From assembly GCA_965205485.1 (NCBI GenBank), contig OZ242180.1, forward strand, positions 4,576,001 to 4,640,000: DNA of 64,000 nucleotides. The letters run 5' to 3'. Position 1 is the stretch's first letter. Each line of letters opens with the position of its first letter. The notes beneath the pieces were generated by a model that was not told where the DNA came from, did not search any database, and was given only the letters and a program-made list of their open reading frames with translations. The DNA comes from Candidatus Latescibacterota bacterium (GTDB lineage: Bacteria > Latescibacterota > UBA2968 > GCA-2709665). Both the position numbers and the translations under genes were made by a program. Positions 36,715-46,715 of the stretch are shown piece by piece.

Positions 36715-36906
36715 ATGTTGCTGCGTATATTCCTTTTCGTCCTGTTTCTGGGGCTGGTATACCGCGTGTTTCGAGACGTTCTGCGCTCGTCGCTTCGATG
36801 GGCCTTTACGTCGAGAGACGGTTCCCGCCCCAACGGCAAGAAGCCATCCTGGCGAATCGATAAGGATCGGGTCACGGATGCCGAATTCCGGGACCTTGAC
36901 GGCTGA
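36715..36906 (+). CDS. Small single-pass membrane protein
   Basis: GGGAG SD, N-terminal TM helix, C-terminal VTDAEFRDL. Fills the purM-holA gap. Confidence 0.75.
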   Translation: MLLRIFLFVLFLGLVYRVFRDVLRSSLRWAFTSRDGSRPNGKKPSWRIDKDRVTDAEFRDLDG

Positions 36907-36918
36907 TAGACCTCGACC

Positions 36919-37947
36919 GTGGCCAAATCCAGAACCAGATCCCGCAACTCGCACGACAGACTGAACGCGCAGATCGAACGGGGCGAATTCGCGCCGCTGT
37001 ATCTGCTGCTCGGGTCTGAGAACGTCAGTAAGGAAGAAAGTCTGAAAGCCATCGTGGACGCCGCCGTCGATCCCGCGTCAGGTGCGTTCAACCTGGATAT
37101 CTTCCACGGCGAGGATATGGACGCGGCCGACGCAGTCGGCCGGGCAACCGCCTTTCCGATGATGGCGGCGCGGCGGGTTGTCGTGGTCAAGCGCCTGGAA
37201 CGCTTGCGTGACACCGAAGCGCGAACGCTCCTGCCCCTTATCGAAAATCCCGTTGAGACTACCGTTCTTGTATTCACCGCGGACAAACTGGACGGCCGCA
37301 AGAAGCTGTCCGTCGCATTGCGAAAGAACGCCGTTTCGGTGGAATTCAAGCCACCTTTCGAAAATGAGCTCCCTCAGTGGATTCGCAGACGGGCGGCTGC
37401 AATGAACAAGACGATCGAACCCGAAGCCGCGCACGTGCTTCACCTTTGCGTAGGGCCGAATCCGGGCGAACTGGTCAGTGAACTCCAAAAACTGGCCATT
37501 TATACGAATGGACGCGATACCATCACGCACGAAGACGTCGCCCAGGTGGCCGGCGCTTCGCGAAAAGCGACGGTGTTTGAACTCGCCGATGCAGTGGGGA
37601 AACGGAAAACCGGCGATGCACTGACCGTGCTGCATCACCTTCTTGACCGCGGCGACAGTCCGGTGGCAATCGTCGCGATGCTCGTACGGCACATCGGTAT
37701 TCTTCGCAAGGCCCGGTGGCTCAGGAATCAGGATCTGCCACGGTCCGAACTGGCAGGAAAACTGAAGGTTCCTCCATTCTTTGTTTCCAGATACCTCGAC
37801 CAGGCGGCCCGTTTCGACGAACAAAGCCTCTGGCACGCTTACGAAGCGCTCCTGAACGCGGACAATCGCCTGAAGTCCCGGTCTCGCGCCCCAGCCGCCA
37901 CGCTCACGCAACTCATCTGCCGCATGTGTTCCGGGCCGGCCGCCTGA
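36919..37947 (+). CDS. holA: DNA polymerase III delta subunit
   Basis: PLYLLLG.E, FN...F.G, PMMA.RRVV, ELQKL..Y, VFEL.DAV, AD..LK. Confidence 0.9.
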   Translation: MAKSRTRSRNSHDRLNAQIERGEFAPLYLLLGSENVSKEESLKAIVDAAVDPASGAFNLDIFHGEDMDAADAVGRATAFPMMAARRVVVVKRLERLRDTEARTLLPLIENPVETTVLVFTADKLDGRKKLSVALRKNAVSVEFKPPFENELPQWIRRRAAAMNKTIEPEAAHVLHLCVGPNPGELVSELQKLAIYTNGRDTITHEDVAQVAGASRKATVFELADAVGKRKTGDALTVLHHLLDRGDSPVAIVAMLVRHIGILRKARWLRNQDLPRSELAGKLKVPPFFVSRYLDQAARFDEQSLWHAYEALLNADNRLKSRSRAPAATLTQLICRMCSGPAA

Positions 37948-37998
37948 ACCGTTGCCGGTCCACCCCTGTACGCGGGTTCCCACCTGATTTTCTGATTC

Positions 37999-38027
37999 TT
38001 GACACGACCCCGAAAACTTGGTAGATT
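37999..38027 (+). promoter_or_regulatory. Sigma70-type promoter upstream of trxA
   Basis: TTGACA-17 bp-TAGATT. Confidence 0.7.
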
Positions 38028-38129
38028 TGACAATTCATGACGGGCCGGGACTCGACGGTTCGTTCATGTGGAACGTCGGTGAGACGGCTGGCGATGCAAA
38101 GCTGGAACACCAACCGTGAATTGAACACA

Positions 38130-38290
38130 TTAGAAGCTGTCTTAAAATTCCCAGCGGACTTCGCACGGCTGCAAAAGCGCCGGTCGGCGTTGGTCAAACC
38201 CACCCAAGAGTGGCGAGGGGCGCGCCTCATAACCGCCGCTTTTTCGCTCGCGCTCGGGAACTCGCCGGTAATTTTAAAACAACTTCTTAA
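38130..38290. mobile_element. MITE-like element, copy 2 (161 bp)
   Basis: TTAGAAGCTGTCTTAAAATT...AATTTTAAAACAACTTCTTAA. Arms match copy 1, central part shorter. Confidence 0.75.
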
Positions 38291-38308
38291 CGAAAGGCGG
38301 TGTGCGCG

Positions 38309-38632
38309 TTGGGCAATCCGATAACCATAACCGACGATAGCTTTCAGGCTGAAGTGGTCGAGTCCTCCCTACCGGTGCTCGTGGACTTCTGGGCCGTGTG
38401 GTGCGGCCCCTGCCGGATGGTTGCGCCGATCGTGGACGAACTCGCCGACGAATACGAGGGCCGGGTCAAGGTCGGCAAAGTCGACGTGGACTCCGAACAG
38501 AAAATCGCCGCCGACTACGGTATCCGCAGCATCCCGACACTGCTCATCTTCAAGAACGGCGAATTGGCCGAACAGGTTGTCGGTGCGGTACCGAAGAAAC
38601 AACTGGTTGAAAAACTCGAGGCCGTGCTGTAA
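38309..38632 (+). CDS. trxA: Thioredoxin
   Basis: [22 protein letters not shown]. Start at TTG 38309 (or GTG 38300). Confidence 0.97.
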   Translation: MGNPITITDDSFQAEVVESSLPVLVDFWAVWCGPCRMVAPIVDELADEYEGRVKVGKVDVDSEQKIAADYGIRSIPTLLIFKNGELAEQVVGAVPKKQLVEKLEAVL

Positions 38633-38884
38633 GCAAGCGGACCGGCGTCCTGAGACGACCCGGGCAGGCACGATGCAATGTCTCCCCGGGCCATTGCCGG
38701 CCTCGAACCGGAACGGTTACCGCGCCCGTTGAAACGAGCCGGACGAACCCGGCCTCGTTGACGCGCCGGCGTGGGCGGAATCAGCGGCCGCGGTACGAAC
38801 CATGACCGTCACATCGATTACAGGGTGTGCCGCAGCAGGCACGCCCTGATTTTTGTATTCTAACAACCCGGGGAGTTCGCACGT

Positions 38885-39790
38885 ATGGAAATCGAAAAGG
38901 TCGTGATCCCGTTGGCAGGGATGGGCACAGGGCTCCTGCCAGCCACCAAATCGCAGCCCAAGGAGATGCTCCCGGTCGCGTGTAAACCCGTTGTCCAATA
39001 CGTCGTGGAAGAAATGGTGGACCAGGGCCTGACACGGTTCCTGTTTATCACCGGACGGGACAAACGGCCCGTGGAAGATCACTTCGATCGGGACCATGAG
39101 CTGTTGAATCGGCTTTCGGAAAGCGAGAATCGGGAACTGCTGGACGCGGTGGATTTCGGACGCGAGTCGGTGAGGTTTTTCTTTACCCGCCAACTCATCC
39201 CTCAAGGCCGGCACACGCCGCCGGGAATAGGAGACGCCATTGGCGGAGCCGAGGACTTCGCGGGAAACGACCCGTTCGTTGTGGCGCTCGGAGATACCAT
39301 AGTCAAGTCCGGCAGCCACGCGGGCCTGATCCGGAGGATGATCAGGTCCCACTTCCAGCACGATTCCCGATGTACCATCGCCGTTGTGGAAGTGGATCCA
39401 CTGGACGTGCCCAATTACGGCATTGTCAAGCCCAAAGGCCGAGCCAGTACGGACTTCGAAATCGAAAGCATCGTGGAAAAGCCATCCCCGGCCGAGGCGC
39501 CCAGTCGCCTTGCAGTCGCCGCCCGGTATGTGTTTCATCCCGAGATCTTCGACGCAATCCGGCACACCCTGCCTGGACAGAGCGGCAAACTGGAGTTGAC
39601 AGACGCGATAGCCACGATGATCAAGATGGGCGGAAAAGTACGGTGCGTCCGCCTGAAGAAAGAGGAGCTTCGCTATGGCATCGGCGACCCCGTATCCTAC
39701 TACAAGGCCTTCATCGACTTCGCCATATCGGACCAGCGCCACGGATATCTCATCCGGCAGCACATCCAGAAACAGCTGAGGGAATTCTGA
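38885..39790 (+). CDS. GalU-like sugar-1-phosphate nucleotidyltransferase
   Basis: IP.AGMGT.LLPATK..PKEMLP, EDHFD, G.GDAI, VEKP, ELTDAI. Confidence 0.88.
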   Translation: MEIEKVVIPLAGMGTGLLPATKSQPKEMLPVACKPVVQYVVEEMVDQGLTRFLFITGRDKRPVEDHFDRDHELLNRLSESENRELLDAVDFGRESVRFFFTRQLIPQGRHTPPGIGDAIGGAEDFAGNDPFVVALGDTIVKSGSHAGLIRRMIRSHFQHDSRCTIAVVEVDPLDVPNYGIVKPKGRASTDFEIESIVEKPSPAEAPSRLAVAARYVFHPEIFDAIRHTLPGQSGKLELTDAIATMIKMGGKVRCVRLKKEELRYGIGDPVSYYKAFIDFAISDQRHGYLIRQHIQKQLREF

Positions 39791-39792
39791 GT

Positions 39793-40851
39793 ATGCCGGG
39801 GGCATACATGAGCACGGCGCCCGGCAGAGCGGGCATCATCGGCAATCCCACCGATATGTACGGTGGCAGCGTCATCTCCTGTTCAACGCAGGAGCGCGCC
39901 GTCGTCCTCATCGAACCTGCCGACGTTCTGAGCTTCGAGGTCGCGGGCTGCCGCCGTGTGATCCAACCCCGGGATGAGTTGAAGCCTGACGGCGGATATT
40001 TCGACGTTGCGATGGCGGTTGTCGACTACCTCAACCTGAAGAACGCGCTGTTCTCCCTGCGCTGGGCTTGCGACGTACCGTTCCGGGCCGGGTTGTCGAG
40101 TTCATCCGCACTGATCGTATCCATTCTCAATGCCGTCCTGGCCTACACGGGCCGGTCCGTCCACATATACTACCGTGCGGAAATGGCACGCCATATCGAG
40201 CTACACTATCTGGTTCTGTGCGGCTACCAGGACGCATATATGTGCACGGTGGGTGGACTGAACTTTCTGGATTTCAGGGAAAAGCAGTTCTACCGGGCGC
40301 TGGCCGATGAACCCTACGCCACCGTCGAGCCCCTCGCGCCATTCATCGACGAATACCCCTTCGTCCTCGCCCACACGGGGATAAAACGCAACTCAGCCCG
40401 CGTACACCAGCCGATCCGGGAACGCTGGCTGGAAGGCGACCGGGAAGTCGTCCGCAGCTATCTGCGCATTGCCCACGTGGCTCGCATGGGAAAACGAGCC
40501 CTTCTGGAAGCAGACTGGCGGACCCTGGGCGAGCTGATGGCGGAGAACCACGACATCCAGCGTGAACTCGGCGGCTCCGGCCCTGAAAACGAACGCCTCA
40601 TTCAGGCCGCGCTGAACGCCGGGGCTCTCGGCGCCAAGCTGGCGGGTGCTGGAGCAGGCGGCACCATTATAGCGCTGGCGCCGGACCCCGAACCGGTAAT
40701 CCGCGAACTGAAGCGCGCCGGCGCCAGCCGAATCCTTTCACCCAGGCCGGGGCCGGGAGTCACCGTAACGCCGCTCAAGACCGACGCGGACAGGCGTACG
40801 GCGGAAGCGGAACTCATCGAACGCTCGCGTCAGGAGGATCTTGCAGACTGA
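39793..40851 (+). CDS. GHMP family sugar kinase (glucuronokinase/galactokinase-like)
   Basis: APGRAGIIGNPTDMYGG, P..AGLSSSSA, CGYQD, GAKLAGAGAGG. Confidence 0.88.
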   Translation: MPGAYMSTAPGRAGIIGNPTDMYGGSVISCSTQERAVVLIEPADVLSFEVAGCRRVIQPRDELKPDGGYFDVAMAVVDYLNLKNALFSLRWACDVPFRAGLSSSSALIVSILNAVLAYTGRSVHIYYRAEMARHIELHYLVLCGYQDAYMCTVGGLNFLDFREKQFYRALADEPYATVEPLAPFIDEYPFVLAHTGIKRNSARVHQPIRERWLEGDREVVRSYLRIAHVARMGKRALLEADWRTLGELMAENHDIQRELGGSGPENERLIQAALNAGALGAKLAGAGAGGTIIALAPDPEPVIRELKRAGASRILSPRPGPGVTVTPLKTDADRRTAEAELIERSRQEDLAD

Positions 40852-40977
40852 AGGGGCCGGCGCCGCATCCGGATCGAAACGAAAAATCATGGGGCTGATG
40901 CCCTTGCCGATCCGGCCAAGTTTGTTTATCTTTAGCGCTAACCCATTCGCATCTCAGAAAGCGCGGAGACTCTCCCG

Positions 40978-42027
40978 ATGGCAATCCTGGCGGAAACGCT
41001 CCAGGAAACGTACGAACACATGGAGCGCAAACTCAGCGGTATCGTGCCGGATATCGAGCTGCTGTATAAAGCCGAACTGGTCTACGAGATCAACCGACTG
41101 AAGGAACAGCGGGGCGCCATTATCCTGGGTCACAACTACATGGAGCCGGCGCTCTTCCATACCGTGCCGGACGTGGTGGGCGATTCGCTGGAACTCAGCC
41201 GCAAAGCCGCTGAAACCGAATGCGACCCGATCGTCTTCTGCGGCGTACGATTCATGGCGGAAACCGCGAAGATCCTCAATCCGGACAAGACCGTACTCCT
41301 GCCCGCCAGGGTTGCGGGCTGCTCGCTTGCGGCAAGTATTACCGCCGAAGACGTCCGCCGGCTGAGACAGGAATACCCCGGCGTCCCCATCGTCACGTAC
41401 ATCAACACCTATGCGGACGTGAAAGCGGAATGTGACGTCTGCTGCACGTCCAGCAACGCCGCCAGGGTCGTGGAGTCGCTCGGCAGCGACACCGTCATCT
41501 TTCTTCCCGACGAATACCTCGCGGCCAACGTTGCGCAGGAAACCGGCAAGCGAATTGTCTTCCCCACGCGCGAAGAACCCGATCTGCCGCGCGCGGAACT
41601 GGAATACGAGATGATCGGCTGGCACGGCCGCTGCGAAGTGCACGAGAAGTTTACCGTCGACGACGTCTCCCACGTGAGGGAGCAGTTTCCGGGAGTGCTC
41701 GTTCTTGCCCATCCGGAATGCAGCCCCGAAGTTGTGGCCACATCCGACTTCTCCAGCAGTACCTCGAAGATGAGCGCCTTTGTGGAGGAGACCGACGCAC
41801 CCAGCTATCTGCTGCTTACGGAATGCAGCATGGGCGACAATATCATGGCGGATAACCCCGAAAAGGAAATGGTACGGCTCTGCAGTATCCGCTGCCCGCA
41901 TATGAACGAGATTACGCTGGAAGACACCCTGAACGCCCTGAAAAACAACGAGCAGATTATCGAAGTACCCGAAGATATCCGCATCCGCGCCAGACGCGCG
42001 GTGGACCGCATGCTGGAAATCGGTTGA
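40978..42027 (+). CDS. nadA: Quinolinate synthase A
   Basis: ILGHNY, GDSLELS, FCGVRFMAETAKIL, AGCSLA, YINT, CEVH, HPEC, CPHM. Confidence 0.97.
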   Translation: MAILAETLQETYEHMERKLSGIVPDIELLYKAELVYEINRLKEQRGAIILGHNYMEPALFHTVPDVVGDSLELSRKAAETECDPIVFCGVRFMAETAKILNPDKTVLLPARVAGCSLAASITAEDVRRLRQEYPGVPIVTYINTYADVKAECDVCCTSSNAARVVESLGSDTVIFLPDEYLAANVAQETGKRIVFPTREEPDLPRAELEYEMIGWHGRCEVHEKFTVDDVSHVREQFPGVLVLAHPECSPEVVATSDFSSSTSKMSAFVEETDAPSYLLLTECSMGDNIMADNPEKEMVRLCSIRCPHMNEITLEDTLNALKNNEQIIEVPEDIRIRARRAVDRMLEIG

Positions 42028-42049
42028 ATTTACAGACGGCCCGAGCCTC

Positions 42050-42080
42050 GGGGGCGGGGTTCTTATCCCGCCCTCTTTTT
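42050..42080 (+). terminator. Intrinsic terminator after nadA
   Basis: GGGGGCGGGGT-TCTT-ATCCCGCCCTC followed by TTTTT. Confidence 0.65.
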
Positions 42081-42093
42081 GCGTGGACCTTCC

Positions 42094-43326
42094 ATGTCAC
42101 TCGATATTTGGATGTTTATCGGCCTGATCGACGCCTTCGAAGAAGAAGGCGCGGACCCCATCCTGGACCAGCTGGAGGGGGTGGGCATCGACACGATCGT
42201 GCTGGGCGACCTGAGATTCGGCTCGTCGCCGGCATATCCGCCCACGCCCGAACTCTATAGCGGATGTGAGACCCATCCGCCGGAACTGGCGCCCGAGGAC
42301 GTCCCCAGGTTTGAAACACTCCAACGTGCCGTTGAGCGGGCGAAAGACCGGAACTTCGGCGTGTATCTACACGATTGGCTTCAATCCGCCCCGGGCTGTA
42401 TCAACGATCCGGAAAAACTCAGGTACGGGCCCGCGCGCACGCGGGACGTCGTGCGGAGTTTTCCCGGGGTGGACGGATTCATCCTGGACGGACCAGAATG
42501 GGGGTACGAAATCGCGCCCGACCATCGGGGCAATCTGTTCAGGTGCGACTGCGACTGCTGCCGCGCGCGCGCCGCGGAATGGGGGTACGATTTTGACGTC
42601 CTGTGGCAGGCGCAGGCGCGCCTGAAGGACAGCCTTGGGAATCTCGGGAATCTGCCGCCGGGCCGCCGGGAACGCGGGCTGATTGACGGCCTCGACGTAC
42701 TTATATCCAACCCCGGCCTGTTCGACTGGTTCCGGTTCAAGACCGACAGCATCGAGCACTACGTTGGCGCATTTGCCGACACCGCCAGGTCGCTGGAGCC
42801 GGCGCGCAAGGTGGCCTGCGGCCCACGCCTGCCCGCCTTCGCGCCGCTTACTGGCTACAATTTCAGACGCCTTGCGGAAATCGTGGACTTCCAGTGCCCG
42901 AAACTCTATTTCTGGCAGCATGGGATCGATGGCCTTAAGGGTACTGTGTACCGCTGGGCGAAAACCCTCTGCGCCTGGAACCCCGGCATGACAGAACCCG
43001 AAGCCCTCGACCGCGTGCGCGAGCTGTTCGCCCTGTGGGTTCCCGGCGCTGGATGCCTCGCCGACCTGGACGCTCCGTTGCCGCCCGAGTTCTTCGAGCA
43101 GGTGGCCCTCAGCGAGATCAACAAGATGCGAGAGCGCCTGGGCGACGTCTCCCGCATCCGGCCCTGGATGGGCCTGCACCACGGTGGCGTCCGCATGGAC
43201 AGTGGCGAACTCGAACACCTGCTGCAAACCGTTGAACAGGGCGGCCTGACCACCCTGATCTATTGGCACTACAACGACATGACGGAATCCGACTGGCGCG
43301 TCGTTCAGGAGCTTGTCCGTTCCTGA
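42094..43326 (+). CDS. Hypothetical protein, probable TIM-barrel (glycoside-hydrolase-like) with CxCxxC
   Basis: Long ORF with host-like codon usage. DGFILDGPE, FRCDCDCC, WFRFK. Confidence 0.65.
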   Translation: MSLDIWMFIGLIDAFEEEGADPILDQLEGVGIDTIVLGDLRFGSSPAYPPTPELYSGCETHPPELAPEDVPRFETLQRAVERAKDRNFGVYLHDWLQSAPGCINDPEKLRYGPARTRDVVRSFPGVDGFILDGPEWGYEIAPDHRGNLFRCDCDCCRARAAEWGYDFDVLWQAQARLKDSLGNLGNLPPGRRERGLIDGLDVLISNPGLFDWFRFKTDSIEHYVGAFADTARSLEPARKVACGPRLPAFAPLTGYNFRRLAEIVDFQCPKLYFWQHGIDGLKGTVYRWAKTLCAWNPGMTEPEALDRVRELFALWVPGAGCLADLDAPLPPEFFEQVALSEINKMRERLGDVSRIRPWMGLHHGGVRMDSGELEHLLQTVEQGGLTTLIYWHYNDMTESDWRVVQELVRS

Positions 43327-43451
43327 GTGTTCCTGACGTGGCAATCCAAGGAAGTTTCTTCGTCTTCTCGCTCTCACGGGCCGCCGAATCGAACAGACCG
43401 GCGGCCCATTGTCCATAATCACGATTACCCCGAGCCGGACCCCACGATCCC

Positions 43452-44456
43452 ATGCACGCCATCACTGTTAACGGTCTCTCCAAGTACTACGCCGTTCCCG
43501 AACGCGAGGCCGGTCTGCGCGCCGCGGCAAAGAGCCTTGTCAAACGGAAAACGAGGACGGTCAAGGCCGTAGATGCGATCTCCTTCAGCGTCGACCCGGG
43601 TGAGGTCGTCGGCTTTCTCGGTCCCAACGGGGCGGGTAAGACCACCACGCTCAAGATGCTTTCCGGATTGCTATATCCCACGGACGGCACGGCGAAAGTT
43701 CTGGGTCATATTCCTCACCGGCGCGAAAGGGCTTTCCTCCGCGAGATCACGCTCGTGATGGGGCAGCGGAACCAGCTGATCTGGGACATCCCGATGATCG
43801 ACTCCCTCGAACGCAACCGGGCGGTCTATCGGATTTCGCGCGGGGACTACAGGGAAACCCTCGACGAACTGACCGAATTGCTCGAACTGGGGCCGCTTCT
43901 GCCGAAACCGGTCAGAAACCTGTCCCTCGGAGAGCGGATGAAGTGTGAGATCGCGGCGGCCCTGCTGCATCGTCCGGAGGTGCTCTTCCTGGACGAACCC
44001 ACCATCGGTCTCGACGTTACCATGCAGCGCCGGATCCGGAGCTTCGTTGAAGACTACAACCGGATGCATGGCGCGACCGTGCTGCTCACCAGCCATTATA
44101 TGGCCGACGTCGAAGCGCTTTGCAAGCGTGTCGTCGTCATCCACCACGGCCGGATTCTCTACGATGGCGCGCTTTCCGACCTTGTCACCCGGTTCTCCCC
44201 GCACAAGACCATCGACGTCGAACTCGAGACCGAAAACGCCGACCTCTCTCCGTACGGAGAAGTGGTGGAGGCCGCCGGGCTGCGCTACTCCCTGCGCGTG
44301 CCCAAGGAAGCCACGCCGCAGGTGACAGCGAGAATTCTGGGTGATTTACCCGTACTCGACCTGACCGTTGAGGACCCGCCCATCGAGGAAGTGATCGAGC
44401 AGGTCTTTTCCGTAGAAACCCCGGACGACGGGCCTTCGGACCCGCCCCAATCCTGA
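43452..44456 (+). CDS. ABC transporter ATP-binding protein (ABC-2 type)
   Basis: GPNGAGKTT, LSLGERM, FLDEPTIGLD, LTSH. Confidence 0.95.
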   Translation: MHAITVNGLSKYYAVPEREAGLRAAAKSLVKRKTRTVKAVDAISFSVDPGEVVGFLGPNGAGKTTTLKMLSGLLYPTDGTAKVLGHIPHRRERAFLREITLVMGQRNQLIWDIPMIDSLERNRAVYRISRGDYRETLDELTELLELGPLLPKPVRNLSLGERMKCEIAAALLHRPEVLFLDEPTIGLDVTMQRRIRSFVEDYNRMHGATVLLTSHYMADVEALCKRVVVIHHGRILYDGALSDLVTRFSPHKTIDVELETENADLSPYGEVVEAAGLRYSLRVPKEATPQVTARILGDLPVLDLTVEDPPIEEVIEQVFSVETPDDGPSDPPQS

Positions 44457-44509
44457 CGCCACCGCCCGTATCCGATCGGTATCGGAATATCCGGGCGCAA
44501 GAGACACGG

Positions 44510-45304
44510 ATGCTTTCGATTTACTGGGCATACCTGAAGACCACACTGGCACTTCAGTTTCAATATCGCGTCGCCATGGCGATCTGGATGATCGGCGGGC
44601 TTCTCGAACCGATGATCTATTGTGTCGTCTGGTCGACCGTGGCAATAGCCCGCGGCGGAGACGTGGCAGGTTACGACGCCGGTGAGTTCGCCGCGTATTA
44701 CATCGTCCTGATGGTCGTCAATATGTGGACGTTCACCTGGATCATGCACGAAATGGGTTATCGCGTCCAGCACGGCGAACTGTCGGCGATGCTCCTGAAG
44801 CCGATCCATCCCATCCATAGCGACATTGCCGACAACATCGGTTACAAGACCTTGACGTTGTGCGTGCTGATCCCGTCCGCGGCCGTGCTCTGCCTCCTCT
44901 TCAAACCCACGTTTCACTTTGAAGTTATCAGTGGGCTCCTCTTCGCGTTCTCATTGATCCTTGCCTATCTTCTCAGATTCTTCGTTGAGTGGGCACTCTC
45001 GCTCGTCGCGTTCTGGACAACCCGGACCGACGCGGTCAATCAGATGTATTTCTTCTTCGGCCTGTTTCTGTCGGGCAGAATCGCGCCGCTGGATCTGTTG
45101 CCGGGATGGGCCCGGGCGATCGCTGAGGCGCTGCCGTTCAAGTGGTCGGTCGCCTTTCCCGTTGAGCTTCTCCTCGGCAGGCTCGATTCGGCGCAGATCG
45201 AACGCGGATTCCTTATGCAACTTTTCTGGGTCGTCGCCGGATTCGCTATTTTCAAACTCGTATGGCGCCGGGGTGTCAGGAAATATTCCGCCGTGGGATC
45301 TTGA
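44510..45304 (+). CDS. ABC-2 family (DUF990-like) permease
   Basis: QYR, G.LS..LLKP, LSG..APL..LP. About six TM segments. Confidence 0.9.
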   Translation: MLSIYWAYLKTTLALQFQYRVAMAIWMIGGLLEPMIYCVVWSTVAIARGGDVAGYDAGEFAAYYIVLMVVNMWTFTWIMHEMGYRVQHGELSAMLLKPIHPIHSDIADNIGYKTLTLCVLIPSAAVLCLLFKPTFHFEVISGLLFAFSLILAYLLRFFVEWALSLVAFWTTRTDAVNQMYFFFGLFLSGRIAPLDLLPGWARAIAEALPFKWSVAFPVELLLGRLDSAQIERGFLMQLFWVVAGFAIFKLVWRRGVRKYSAVGS

Positions 45305-45331
45305 GAACGGCTTCGTCGCGGGGACTCGACC

Positions 45332-46117
45332 TTGCATAAGTTGATCGTGATATGGACTTTCCTGAAGATTGGCATTCTGAACGAACTCGCCTATCGTGTG
45401 AACTTCTACGTCCAGATTTTCCAGTCCGCGGTGAGCCTTGCACAGGCGCTCCTCGGCGTCTACGTGGTCTTTATGCACACGGAAACACTGGGCGACTGGA
45501 GATCCTACGATCTGCTCGCCCTGATCGGTGTGTTCGTGATTATCGGCGGTGCGATCTCCATCGTGATCCGGCCCAGTATGATGCAGTTGATGACGGACGT
45601 CCGGCGGGGAACGCTCGACTACATCCTCACGAAGCCGGAGGATGCACAGTTTCTGGTCAGCATCAGCCAGTTTCGAATCTGGAAGGCAACCGACTTCGTG
45701 CTGGGCGGAATTGTGCTGTCGTACGCCCTCTTCAAGAGGGGCACGGACGTCGGCGCCGTTGACACGCTCACGTTCGGCCTGGTCCTTCTGTGCGGCGCGG
45801 CCACGATCTACAGTTTTTTCCTGGTCCTGTCCACAATCTCATTCTGGTACATAAAGGTCGAAAACATTTTGAATATCTTCGATGCGATGGTCCAGGCCGG
45901 GCGCTGGCCCATCGGCATCTATCCCCACTGGCTTCGTTTCGTCCTTACGTTCATCGTTCCGGTCGCGTTCGCGGTCACGGTGCCGGCCCGGGCCCTCACC
46001 GGCCGGCTCGATTCGGAGTCGCTCACCGCCGCGATTCTCGTGGCGGCCGGTATGCTGACCGCCTCGCGTCTGTTCTGGCGGTGGGGGCTCCGCCACTATT
46101 CCGGCGCCTCGGCCTGA
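45332..46117 (+). CDS. ABC-2 family (DUF990-like) permease, second subunit
   Basis: AYRVNF, G.LDY.L.KP, RWP..IYP, ends YSGASA. TTG start. Confidence 0.9.
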   Translation: MHKLIVIWTFLKIGILNELAYRVNFYVQIFQSAVSLAQALLGVYVVFMHTETLGDWRSYDLLALIGVFVIIGGAISIVIRPSMMQLMTDVRRGTLDYILTKPEDAQFLVSISQFRIWKATDFVLGGIVLSYALFKRGTDVGAVDTLTFGLVLLCGAATIYSFFLVLSTISFWYIKVENILNIFDAMVQAGRWPIGIYPHWLRFVLTFIVPVAFAVTVPARALTGRLDSESLTAAILVAAGMLTASRLFWRWGLRHYSGASA

Positions 46118-46317
46118 GTGAACCTCGGGCCGTCCAACAGGAAATCCTCACGGTGAGCCGCACGTTCGGTGAGGACCCCACCGGCGCAACTTGCAGAAAT
46201 CACTTGCGCGTCTGACGGGTTTGGCGCACAATTAACGGGCAATCGCAGCGGCCGGTCCGCCGGTGAGTATGTCCGGCCATCAACCATTGGCATCCCCTGT
46301 AAACCAGGAGTTGTACT

Positions 46318-46713
46318 ATGTCCGAGAAGAAGGTCAAGTCGTTCGCCGCTCACGCCAAAGACGCCAGTTGGGCGCACGAGGGTTTGCGTCCCTATTTCAC
46401 CTATCGGGACCTGGGCATCAAGGACGCTACGGAGGGTAAAGTTCTGGCGCACATTATCCGCGCCCACGAACCATGTACCGGACCGCTGGGCTATCACTCA
46501 CACGATCTGGACTTTCAAATGGTCTATCTGATCAACGGATGGGCCCGCCTCTACTTCGAGGACATCGGCGAGATCCGGGTCGAAGCGGGTGACGCGTGGT
46601 ACCAGCCACCCGGTATCCGGCATGAAGTTCTCGAATACTCCGATGACTGGGAAGTGATCGAAATCACCATGCCTGCCGAATTTGACACCCACGACGAAGA
46701 GCGCCAGGGATAG
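46318..46713 (+). CDS. Cupin domain protein
   Basis: AGGAG SD. YRDLGI, HSH..DFQ, QPPGIRH. Confidence 0.88.
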   Translation: MSEKKVKSFAAHAKDASWAHEGLRPYFTYRDLGIKDATEGKVLAHIIRAHEPCTGPLGYHSHDLDFQMVYLINGWARLYFEDIGEIRVEAGDAWYQPPGIRHEVLEYSDDWEVIEITMPAEFDTHDEERQG

Positions 46714-46715
46714 AC

